DNA of 64,000 nt from Octopus vulgaris (Eukaryota): the NCBI GenBank assembly GCA_951406725.2, contig OX597815.1:88288001-88352000 (forward strand). The letters run 5' to 3'. This document shows positions 13,858-25,400 of the stretch, piece after piece. Every line of letters starts with the position of its first letter. The stretch's first letter is position 1. The position numbers were made by a program, and so were the translations under genes. A model generated the notes under the pieces. The model searched no databases. It was not told where the DNA came from and saw only the letters and a list, made by a program, of their open reading frames with translations.

Positions 13858-14309
13858 CAGTGTTTCTCAACTGGGGTCCATATAGGATTTTGTTGTTAAA
13901 ATTTATCTCCAATAAATTGGTTATACTTCTGCGATACACAAAACATTCTAAAGTTTATGGAGATGTACTTGCATAGCAAGTGACCTGATATGAGATCGTG
14001 TGCTGGAACGAAAACAATAGCACAAAGTTTTGTCAGTGAACAGGTCGCAGTTTCAAAGTGACGAAAATATTTTGACAAATTAAATTTAAATGTTGAAGTG
14101 AATCTAACGGTTTTTGTGTGTTTCTTAAATAGCTTATAAACACCTTCCACACTGCAATTGTATTATAATGATTATTTTAATACAGTTCCTAATAGTATTT
14201 AATCATAAAAATATAATAGGATTTTTAAAAATGTTGAATTACTATGAGATCCATCTGTGTGAATAGGAACCAAAAGGGTCCATATGTAAAAGATTGTTGA
14301 GAAACACTG
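13858..14309. mobile_element. hAT-type MITE carrying a nested ~210-bp repeat insertion
   Basis: TIRs cagtgtttctcaac / gttgagaaacactg; 8-bp TSD tattaatt / tattaatc; shorter sister copy at 52545-52736. Confidence 0.85.
14029..14079 (+). ncRNA. Minimal type I hammerhead ribozyme, G3:C8 core variant
   Basis: TTTGTCA-GTGAACA-G-GTCGC agtttcaaa GTGAC-GAAA-ATAT-TT-TGACAAA. Confidence 0.7.
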
Positions 14310-14392
14310 TATTAATCTTTAACCACTTAACATACTATGTATTCACTCAGTATGCTTGTGCTTTTTTTTATATATATATATTCTTTTGTCAG

Positions 14393-14645
14393 GTAATTGC
14401 CCTCCACCAACAAAGAAAGTTTCTGAAACACATCAATTTCACTTTATTGAGCAATGATAATGCATTCTTAAGCTATTATCCACACCAGTTTACTCAGCGC
14501 ACTCTGCTTGCCAGGTTCCAGATGAACAACACAAAACCACCGCATGTGCAGTTTGTGCATAAACCAGTATACTCTGCTATGATGCTGTTGGCTTACCTTG
14601 GCGACAGAAAACTGTATGTCAGTATTACTAAACATCATGTCCATA
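14393..14645 (+). CDS. IDUA: IDUA exon
   Basis: gtcag|...|gtatgt; LLSNDNAFLSYYPHQFTQRTLLARFQMNNTKPPHVQFVHKPV. The 14645 donor was chosen because phase 1 fits the next exon. Confidence 0.88.
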
Positions 14646-14919
14646 GTATGTTCTTTCTTACTTTTATTTTAATTTATTGTGTAGTTCATATTTAGCTAAT
14701 TCCTATCTAACACCCAAGCAATGAAGACAGGTCCTGGCAGTTGATTGGATTAGAACTAGCTAAGTATGATACACACCATGTACAGTGTGTGACCGCAATG
14801 TCATTACTTTACTGGCATTGTTTTGCCTATTTACAACAAAGCATAGCTGCTTATGCACATGTGTATATATATATCTATATCTATATTTTTTTTTTTGGCA
14901 AAAGGATTTTTTTTGTAAA

Positions 14920-15160
14920 AGGATTCGAGCGAGGTCGTTGCCAGTACCGCCTGACTGGCCCCTGTGCCGGTGGCACGTAAAACGCACCCACTACACTCTC
15001 GGAGTGGTTGGCATTAGGAAGGGCATCCAGCTGTAGAAACTCTGCCAAATCAAGATTGGAGACTGGTGCAGCCATCTGGTTTGCCAGCCCTCAGTCAAAA
15101 TCGTCCAACCCATGCTAGCATGTAAAGCGGATGGTAAATGATGATAATGATGATGATGAT
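14920..15160 (+). mobile_element. RTE 3'-tail copy
   Basis: gtggttggcattaggaagggcatccagctgtagaaac...ccaacccatgctagcatg...(TGA)n. Confidence 0.8.
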
Positions 15161-15851
15161 GTGTGTGTGTGTGTGTGGCAACAACATTTTATAAACAAAC
15201 TTTAATAAACAAATTTTGTAAGTGTTCAATGCATTTTGTATTTTGCAGACAAGAAAGTAAATTTCGAATGCAGTATAGCTGTGAAAACAGTAGAAAGATT
15301 GGGTGTTTCACCCTTATAAGACCATCCTCTGACACAAGTTCCCCATCTCAAATGCTACTGCTTCTCTCATAATTCCTTGTCTTGTGAGTTACTTGGTTAT
15401 CCTGCCAGTGCTGGTGCCACATTAAAAGCATCCAGTCCACAGTGTAAAGTGGTTGGTGATTGGAAGGGCATCCAGCTGTAAAAATCATGCCAAAACTAAC
15501 CTTGCCTGTGTTAGTGCCACAAAAAGCACTGAGTCCACTCTGCAGAGTGGTTGGTGTCAGGAAGGGCATCTAGCCATAAAATCCCTACCAAAACAGACAC
15601 AGTAGCCTAGGGTAGTTTTCTACCAAGCCAGCTCCTGTCAACCATCCTACCCATGCATGCATGGAATATAGACATTAAATGATGATGATGATGATTATCA
15701 AGAATTCACATGGACCTTGAACCCAAAAGAGTAAACAAGAGAGACAGAGAAAGGCAGAAACAAGGAAAATGCCACTTATATTTGAACACTATACAAATAT
15801 TCTTTTAAAAAAATTTTTCTTTTAATTTTTCTAAATTTAATTATTTAATTG

Positions 15852-15894
15852 TTACAGTTGAAAAGGTCTCAAAAGACCGAAACCGGTACTGAAA
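15852..15894 (+). ncRNA. Minimal type I hammerhead ribozyme, U3:A8 core variant
   Basis: TTaCAG-TTGAAAA-GGTCT caaa AGACC-GAAA-CCGG-TA-CTGaAA. Confidence 0.68.
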
Positions 15895-16383
15895 TGTTCT
15901 TGATAAAATTATTTTAGCATTTTCTATCTTGACTTGTTTTTTGATATATATCAACTTGTGTGTCCCTTTTCATCCTTATACATATATATATATGATATAG
16001 GCACTGGTGTGGCTGTGTGGTTAGGCTTTCTTCCCAGTCATGTGTTTTGGGGTTCAGTTCCTCTGTTTGGCACCCCTGGCAAGTGTTCTCTACCGTAGTC
16101 CAGGCTGACCAAGGCCTTGTGCTTTATGTGCTTTTTATGTGGCACTGTCACATGTGTTCCTTAAGTGGCACCGTCACAGCTGCTTTTTATGTGGCACCAG
16201 CACCGGTAGGGTCACTGAGTAACTTGCAAGACAAAACACCCCTTCAGCTGGGAGGGGAGTATTAACCAAGGTGGCACACACATACACACACACCTGTCTA
16301 TCTGTCTGTCTGTCTATCTGTCTGTCTGTCTATCTTTCTGTCTATGTTTGATGATGATGATGATTCATGAGATTTTTTTCCAG

Positions 16384-16453
16384 ATATTTCAACTCATGAT
16401 TTTGGAGGAATTGGCTCAATTCATTATCCTGTGGCATCTGCAGTGTCAGACAG
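16384..16453 (+). CDS. IDUA: IDUA small exon
   Basis: ttttccag|...|gtgagg; ISTHDFGGIGSIHYPVASAVSD, weakly like human HTVGVLASAHRP; phases 1/2 bridge the flanking exons. Confidence 0.78.
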
Positions 16454-16623
16454 GTGAGGAATTACATACATTTTAATGCATATTAGAACATTATGCTACT
16501 TTATTGCTGGATGCCTTACATGCACAGTATAAGAAAAAGTTGTTGTTTATATCTAGGTTCACTTAAGAAATGTGAATGATGAAGATTTTCCAACCATGAC
16601 CATTCTATTTTTCTAGATTACAT

Positions 16624-17039
16624 TGTAACAGGATGAGAGGTCTCCGCACTAGATGGGTGCAGCTCGCATCCTTTACATTAAATATTAATCAAAGAAAGAG
16701 CCAAGAATTCTGATTAACTTATTTATTTCTTGATTTGCAATATATATATTTCTTCCTCTGGGCAAATTGGCAGCCTAGGAGCTTATCGCAGTAGTCAAGT
16801 GGAGTGAGCCAATCCTGTCCGTTCAAGCATAGCGGAGATACTCCACGAGGTAGCAGCTTGAGAGAGCTGATAAAACACATTTGTTTTGTTCAGCTGCTGG
16901 CGTTCTAAGAGGGCGATGCGAGGGAATTTTGCTGCTGCTGTTTTTCTGCGCATGCACATGAAGGAACTTTTGGCAGGCCTCCTGGAAGACTCCAACCCTG
17001 CGCATGTGTGCTGGAGATTTCCAAGATGGCGTCACTACA
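16624..17039 (-). mobile_element. Solo LTR (Gypsy-type)
   Basis: TGTA...TACA termini with 4-bp TSD ACAT on both sides; GC-richer than flanks; AATAAA on the minus strand at about 16720. Confidence 0.8.
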
Positions 17040-17213
17040 ACATTATTCAGCTTTTGTCTTTTCATTTTCCAGACAGTAAGCTGTGATATAACAAATAATA
17101 ACTTTTAAAGTCATTAAAGCATTATGTAGAATGCTTCACTGCATTCATTTTAATTCTTTGCACTCTTTGCTCAAATTCTGATGAGGTCAGTTTTGCTTTT
17201 CATTTTTTTAAGG

Positions 17214-17510
17214 TTGGCACATAAAAAACACCATCCGAGCATGGCCGTCTGCCAGCCTCATCTGGCACCTGTGCCGGTGGTACATAAAAAACACCATCCG
17301 AGCGTGGCCGTCTGCCAGCCTCGTCTGGCACCTGTCGGTGGCACATAAAATCACCCACTACACTCTCGGAGTGGTTGGCGTTAGGAAGGGCATCCAGCTG
17401 TAGAAACACTGCCAGATCTGACTGGCCTGGTGTAGCCTTCGGGCTTGCCAGACCCCAGTTGAACTGTCCAACCCATGCTAGCATGGAAAGCGGACGTTAA
17501 ACGATGATGA
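17214..17510 (+). mobile_element. RTE 3'-tail copy with two 60-bp units
   Basis: Near-identical to 25930-26180. Confidence 0.85.
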
Positions 17511-18400
17511 TAGTAAGTTTAAGAGTTATAAGTAATGATTTCATCTCTTTGCATTCTGAGCCATTCTAGCTAAGTTCCAATAGTCAGAGCTAGTCATATA
17601 ACTGCAGGAGCATCCCATCCAACCTTTGATTGACCTGCATGAAGGTCAGACTGCATTCAGTATCAATATTGAGACTTCACCCAACAGTGGATAAAAAACT
17701 ACTGAATGGGAAAAAGGTTTATTTTAGGGTTGTTTGACTGCTAGTCTTAACAGGTCAAGCAATTACATTAAGGCTTTTTTTTTCTTACCTGTTGAGGCTA
17801 AAGAAAAGGACCGCGTCTGTGACCTTTGAAAGTTCTCCAAAACTAACAAGACCAATGCCATTACTGTTCTGTTTAAACAGTTGCAGGTCAACACTTGCCG
17901 GAAAGACATAAACAAGGGAGAAGATTCCAAAAGACCAATGTTCTGAGGAGGAAAGACTGGGCATAGGTTTGGTGTGGACCCAGGGGTGAAGATTGGACAT
18001 AAAAAGAGTGATGAGAGGTTTGAGGATACCTCTTTCCCTACTACCAGTCTTGAAAGTTCTGTAAATGGTTATGAGCACTGTCTTTCTAAATTCCATTAGA
18101 GGCAGATTCAAGTGAGAATTAATTAAATATGCACCAATAATGCACTGACATATATAAACAAACATAAGTATTGTGCTTCTGTATCAATAGAAATATGTGT
18201 GTGTGTTTGTTTGTGTGTATGTGTTTGGATGATAATATTTATCCATACATATAAATACAAACATACACACATATATGTTTATATATATATATATATATAT
18301 CTGTGTGTGTGTATATGTGTGTTTCTACACACACTCATAATGCACATCAATATACATACACATGTATACCTCTTCTCTCCACTCTGTCTCTCTCTCTGTC

Positions 18401-18455
<55 letters not shown>

Positions 18456-18479
18456 ATATATATATATATATCTTATTAG

Positions 18480-18613
18480 CTTCCAGGTATGTTTATTGTT
18501 GTATAATGCCACTGATCCAGGACCAGGAGAGCTAGAAGAGAGAAATATCAAACAAGATGGAGAAAGCGTAGAAGTTAAAATATTCATTGATCCTCCAGTT
18601 TCCCAAAGCAGAG
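18480..18613 (+). CDS. IDUA: IDUA exon
   Basis: tag|...|gtaaga; SFQVCLLLYNATDPGPGELEERNIKQDGESVEVKIFIDPPVSQSR (human WRAAVLIYASDD region). Confidence 0.8.
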
Positions 18614-19227
18614 GTAAGAAATCATCAAAAAAGAAATAACAAGTCTAAACACACTATCAATTACTGTCACTGCTGCTGCTATCCCCATCTCTATCCCCTT
18701 CTCTTTCTTCTACAATATAACAGTATTGTAGTTTCCAAGTTGTACTTCTCTAAGCAGACCTTTGAGCTGAGACTGTGTATTGAAACTGAAGTAACTAATC
18801 AGTGAACAATCACTTTAGTCTTTTAAAATCATACAAAAACTCAAAATCTATCATTTATTTTTTATTTATTGCTTGAAATGTCAGTATTCACATTACACAA
18901 CTGCAATCAGGTTACCTACATTATCTCACTGCAATAACTGCAGTTTGAACACTGATACAATTTCATTGCAACTAAGCAGTTAGACTTGTAGTGGAACTAT
19001 GTCAGAGATTAGGTCTTAGAAATGCAACATACATTTTGACACTGAGAAATAAATGGAAAGTGAATTTAAAAGTTATGTTTATGTATTAGTTTTGCAAGAT
19101 TCCTGATGCGAAATCGTGTGCTGAAAGGGAGATTGTTATATTTCGGGATGATAAATTTTTTTTGCCAAATAAATTTATGCACTATATATTTGTGTTTTTT
19201 TTTTTCCTTTAATGTATATTTTTGAAG

Positions 19228-19349
19228 ATCTCTACATGATAATATTCAAGATTAACAACAGCTATGGGAATCCTTTTATGCTATGGAAGAAGATGGGTAA
19301 ACCTTCTTACCCAACCAAGGAACAATTTCATGCTATGCGTCAACAGGAG
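19228..19349 (+). CDS. IDUA: IDUA exon
   Basis: aag|...|gtattt; DLYMIIFKINNSYGNPFMLWKKMGKPSYPTKEQFHAMRQQE; 122 nt. Confidence 0.92.
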
Positions 19350-21024
19350 GTATTTCCTTCAATTATCTTTATGTGTCTTGTTCTTTTTTAACTAATTTTG
19401 CATAAAATAATAACAGTTTCAAAATTTGGCATAAGGCCTACAATTTTGGGGGAGCAGGTAAGTTGATTACACTGACTTTCTTCTATCGACCCCCAGAGGA
19501 TGAAAGGTAAAGCTGACTTTGGCAGAATTTGAATCCACATAAAGATGGGTAAAATGCTGCTCACCATTTTGCCTGGTGTGCAATGATTCTGCCTGCTCAC
19601 TACCTTTTTGCCAAAAATGATAATAAAAAAATGTTTCTTTGGTCTCTCATGTAGATAGGTAGGAGTTGTGAAACAATTTAATTGACTAATCATTCAACCC
19701 TATGTAACTGACACATTCTATTTAGTCTAACTATCTGATTGTTATTTCTCCTTTAATGTATGAAACTTAGCTTCAGTTTCATAGCATGAATTTGAAGAGA
19801 AATAAATCTCTTCAAAAAGAAGATACTATTTTATTACAGGTAGCATCTTCAAATTAATAGGAATCTATTTCAGACTGGCAGGTAAAGTGAGGTAAAAACA
19901 CTTGCACTTAATAAATAATGAAAATAATGAGCAATTTATGTTTAATAATATGAAACCTATATTATAAGGACTTAATATTCTAAACCCTATTAGCAAATCC
20001 CATGATTTATAGAGCTTTAAAACACTACTGAAGACATAATCTTCATGCAGTGTATCTAGACAAAGTCAGTTTAGTGGAGTCTAAATTATATTAAGTTATA
20101 TTGTCAGAATTTCTGCTAATAATTCGGTATTTCAAGCTAACAAATCACTTGTTAGTTTTACAGAATTGAGTTGTTTTTCATTTATGGTATTTACTTACAC
20201 TAAGAGGAACTGGATCATTTTAAAGTTAAGTATCCTGCCTATAGATGCACAATATTTATTTCTTTATTGCCCACAGGAGGCTAAACATAGAGGGGACAAA
20301 CAAGGACAAACAAAGGGATTAAATCGATTACATCAACCCCAGTGTGTAACTGGTACTTAATTTATCAACCCTGAAGGGATGAAAGGCAAAGTCGATCTCG
20401 ATTGGTGGTGTTAGGATATAAACTGGTGAACTCTTGATTGGCTGTCTGGTGCTCCATCATCTTGGCCATCTGCACTCAAACTCTGCATTATAAGAAACTA
20501 ATATACACTGCACTTACAAAGACTATGAAATAAAGGTATTTTTCAGTTAAGTCTTTTTATAGATTTTATTATAAAAGCTTATTGTTATTGTTTAGCCTCA
20601 GGTCTGCTCTTGTCAGTCAGATATATGACCAAATCATTGATCCTTCCTTTTTTAGGGTGTTATACAAGGGCGATTTGGCTGTTATTTCTTGCATTAACCA
20701 AGGGGGTGGGGTGGGGTAATTGCCCTGAGGGTAGTTGTCATCGTGGGGAATTGTCCTAGCGGGGTAATTGTCCTGATACAAAACAAATACATGTTCTTCT
20801 TGGTTTACCACAGCCCATATCATAATATGCTTAGTCTCCTACACTGCACTGGGCTTGTGTATTGCTCTTAATCATTGAATTGTGAAACCTTTGGCCTTGT
20901 AAGTTTGATTCAGCAGAACTGACTGGGATTACTCAACAGTATGACCAGTAATTGTAATTTATTTTCAACATGTTTTGTAACTACTTTTTTTTTTTTGACT
21001 GATATGTTGTTGTTTTATTTACAG

Positions 21025-21150
21025 GGACCGAATGTCATAGACAAAAGTGCTGTAAAGCCTGGAATTATCACAGTGAAACTACAATCCTTTGTGGCTCCAG
21101 CCTTACTACTTGTCCATATCTGTTCAAAAGCACCACACCCGCCAGGACAG
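21025..21150 (+). CDS. IDUA: IDUA exon
   Basis: ttacag|...|gtaact; GPNVIDKSAVKPG...APALLLVHICSKAPHPPGQ (human PSLLLVHVCARPEKPPGQ); 126 nt. Confidence 0.93.
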
Positions 21151-21395
21151 GTAACTGTTACATTGAGATTTTGCACACATTATTTTCTTCTTTTCTGCAT
21201 TATCACTTCAGTGATCATTACCACCACTATTGTCATTAAAATCATTATTGTCATTAATTTCATTGCCATCATCTTCACTGTCATTGCTGTCTTATCATCA
21301 TTGTTATTGTCAGCATCATCAACTCCACTAATATAGTTGCTGTCATAATAATTATTATTACTACTGTTGCTACCAACACCATCATCATCCTTTTT

Positions 21396-21781
21396 GTTGA
21401 CCCTAGCAGAATTTGAACCCAGTATGTAATAATTTGGAACAAATACTGCTATGCATTTCGTCCAATGTGCTAATGATTCTGCCAGCTTGCCACCTTTGTG
21501 ATGAGGATAATAGTGAAATATAAGTAGGAGAGAGTGGTTGTGCTGTTGTTGATGATGGTGAAGATATTAGTGATGATAATGATGATGATGATGGTGATTA
21601 TCATCACCGATATCTTCACCATCGTCAACAACAGCACAACCACTCTCTCCTACTTATATTTCATTATTATCCTCATCACAAAGGTGGCAAACTGGTAGAA
21701 TCATTAGCACATTGGACAAAATGCATAGCAGCATTTGTTCCAAATTATTACATACTAGGTTCAAATTCTACTGGGATCAAC
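21396..21781. repeat. Long near-perfect palindrome (about 185-bp arms, 16-nt spacer)
   Basis: 21396-21580 is the reverse complement of 21597-21781, with scattered mostly transition mismatches. Confidence 0.95.
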
Positions 21782-22446
21782 TTTATCTTTCCTCCCTCGT
21801 GGATCAATAAAATCAGTACCAGTCAAAAGCTGAAGTCGGTGTAATGAACTTGCCCCATCTCCCCTCAAAATTTGCTGGCTCTTTATCAAAATTAGTAAGA
21901 ATTATTATCTTTATTACTATCAGTATCAGGATTGACACACATGTCATTGTTGTCATGATCATTATGATAGTCATCAGTCTCACCACTGCTGCTTCCACCA
22001 CCACTGTTGCCTCCATCACTGCCACTGCCACCACTTCCATTGCTGCCGCATCCATTGCTGCCACTGCCACCACCTTCACTATCTGTAACTAAATTTTTAC
22101 CTAGTTACCATAACAGCAACAATTACAAAAACGAATCAGTAACATATTTTTAATATGTTATCTTTTATCTTTTACTTGTTTCAGTCATTAGACTTCAACC
22201 ATGACGGGGAGGTGCCTTGAAGAATTTTTAGTTGAATGAATCAACCCCTACACTTATTTTTTTAAAGCTCTGTACTTATCATATTGGTCTCTTTTGCCAA
22301 ACCATTATGTTATGGGGACATAAACAAACCGACATCAGTTCTCAAGCAGTGGTGGGGGACAAACACAAACATAGATGCATGCATGCACACATGGAAAATG
22401 GATGTTAAATGATGATGATGATGATGATGATGATATATATATATAT

Positions 22447-25400
22447 TAGATAAAGTAATTGAGGTAATCAGAGTATGCGACAGAATACTTAAGATTAGAT
22501 TAGCGCTTCATCATAGTGTAGCAACCATTATATCAGCCTATGCTCCTCAGTCGGGGCTACCTGATGGACAGAAAGACCGATTCTATGACACTCTACTGCA
22601 GACTACCTCGTTGACGAACGACAGAGACCTTCTCTTTGTGGCTGGTGACTTCAATGGTCACGTTGGACGACATGCTGGGGGCTTCCATGGCGTACATGGA
22701 GGCTATGGCTCTGGTTCCCGCAACGAGGAGGGAACCAGGCTGCTGGAGTTCTGCGATGCAAATAATCTTATGATTTGCAACACTAACTTCAGGAAACCTA
22801 CCAGCCACCTAGTCACCTACCAATCGGGCCAACATACCAGCCAAATTGACTACATCTTTGCCAGGCAAAGGGAGAGATGGCTACTTATAAATGCTAAAAC
22901 CTTCCCAGGCGAAGAATGTACCCCACAACATAGACTGGTAGTTAGTGACTTTAGGATCAGGAGTAGGAGGACAACCAGAAGACGACCAACATGGAGAAGA
23001 AGGATCTGGAAGCTTAAGGATCCTGCGAATGGACAGAGATTTAGAGACATGTTACTTGAAGCCTTTGACGAAGTAGAAGGGGATAGAGTATCACATGGGG
23101 TAGAGGGCAACTGGACGTTTCTAAGGGACAACCTGCTGAGAGCCACTGACCAGATCTGTGGCTGGTGCAAAGTCCCCTCTCGTCCCAAGGTAACGTGGTG
23201 GTGGAACAGTGTTGTAGACAGGGCTATTAGAGAAAAGAGACAGACTTGGAAGCACTGGAAGAATGGGGGTAGCAGGGAATTGTATCAGACTGCTAAAAGG
23301 GAAGCTAGGAGACAGGTCTATCTAGCCAGAGGGGAAGCAGATAAGAAAAAATTTGCCAATGTTCTGCACCGTGAGGACCAAAGACTGGAGGTGTTTCGCG
23401 TTGCAAGACAGTGTGTGAGAGAGAATTGTGATGTGGTAGGAGAGAAGTGTGTTCGCATGGAAGATGGTTCACTTGCGCTAAACGAGGATGCAAAGAGAGA
23501 GGCCTGGAGACGCCACTATGAAAGGTTGCTGAATAAAGAAAATGAATGGGATAAAGAGAGTCTGCCGAACGTTGACCCAACAGAGGGACCAGCTATCAGG
23601 GTTGATAGTTCCATGGTAGCTAAGGCAATTAGAAGCATGAAGACAGGGAAAGCCCCAGGCCCATCAGGTATCACTGCAGAGATGCTCAAAATATTTGGTA
23701 GTGTCGGCTATAGCCTAGTCACCTGTATAGTTAATCAGGTGTTACATGAAGGAGTCATACCCAATGACTGGTGTAGCAGCATAATAGTCAACTGCTACAA
23801 AGGTAAAGGTGATGCCCTAGATACAAATAATTACAGAGGTATCAAGCTGTTGGATCAGGTGATGAAGGTTACAGAGAGGGTCATAAGCCAACTAATTAGA
23901 GAGAGAGTTAGTTTAGATGAGATGCAGTTTGGGTTCGTGCCAGGGAAAAGTACCACTGATGCTATATTCCTGGTAAGGCAGCTGCAGGAGAAATACCTAG
24001 CCAAAGATAAGCCCCTGTACCTGGCTTTTGTTGACATGGAGAAAGCCTTCGACAGGGTCCCCCCGATCCCTCATCTGGTGGTCAATGAGGAAACTAGGAA
24101 TAGATGAATGGTTAGTGAGAGCTGTGCAAGCCATGTACAGGGATGCTGCTAGTAAGGTGAGGGTTGGCAATGAGTACAGTGAAGAATTCCGGGTAGAGGT
24201 AGGGGTCCACCAAGGTTCAGTCCTCAGCCCCCTCCTATTTATCATAGTCCTCCAGGCAATAACGGAGGAATTCAAGACAGGATGCCCCTGGGAGCTCCTC
24301 TATGCTGATGACCTTGCTCTAATTGCTGAGTCATTATCAGAACTGGAGAAGAAGTTTCAGGTGTGGAAGCATGGTTTAGAATCGAAGGGCCTTAGAGTCA
24401 ACCTAGCTAAAACCAAAGTCGTAATAAGTAGGAAGGTAGACAAATCACAAACGCCTTCAGGTAGATGGCCCTGCTCGATCTGTAGAAAAGGTGTAGGTAG
24501 AAACTCTATAAGATGCACCAAGTGTAAGCTATGGACACATAAGAGGTGCAGCAATGTCATAGGAAGGCTAACTAGGAAGATGGTTTTTGTATGTGGCAGA
24601 TGCTCGGGAGCATTAACCTCTGAAAATCTGCAGAAAACAACTTTCGTCACTTTCCAGGGGAAAAAACTAGAAGTAGTTGATAGCTTCCGTTATCTTGGTG
24701 ACCAAGTCAGTAGTGGGGGTGGGTGTGCTGAAAGTGTAATGGCTAGAGTAAGAATAGCCTGGGCAAAGTTTAGGGAGCTCTTACCTCTGTTGGTGACTAA
24801 AGGCCTCTCGCTCAGAGTATAAGGCAGACTGTATGATGCATGTGTACGAACAGCCATGCTACATGGCAGTGAAACATGGGCCGTGACTGCTGAGGACATG
24901 CGTAAGCTTGCGAGAAATGAAGCTAGTATGCTCCGTTGGATGTGTAATGTCAGTGTTCATAGTCGACAGAGTGTAAGTACCTTGAGAGAAAAGTTGGACC
25001 TAAGAGGCATCAGATGTTGTGTGCAAGAGAGACGATTGCGCTGGTATGGTCATGTGGCGAGAATGGATGAAGATAGGTGTGTGAAAAAGTGCCACACCCT
25101 GGCAGTTGAGGGGACCTGTGGAAGAGGTAGACCCAGGAAAACCTGGGTCGAGGTGGTGAAGCACGACCTTCGAACTCTAGGTCTCACCAAGGAAATGACC
25201 AGAGACCGAGACCTATGGAAGTATGCTGTGCGTCAGAAGACCCGGCAAGACCAGTGAGAACAATCAAAATCAAATCATATATCAGAAAGCAGGGGTTAAG
25301 TGACCCATCTGTTCGTGTCCACTGTCAGCCTCGTCTGGCATGTGTCCACTGTCAGCCTCGTCTGGCACCCGTGTCGGTGATACGTAAAAGCACCATTCGC

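Noticed and set aside
14613-14619. Alternative IDUA donor ct|gtatgt
   Set aside because: Phase 2 does not fit the 16384 exon. It would fit only if that exon were skipped, which would delete a homologous segment.
21813-22092. Ala/Thr/Val-rich ORFs on both strands
   Set aside because: Degenerate trinucleotide low-complexity sequence joined to a SINE remnant.
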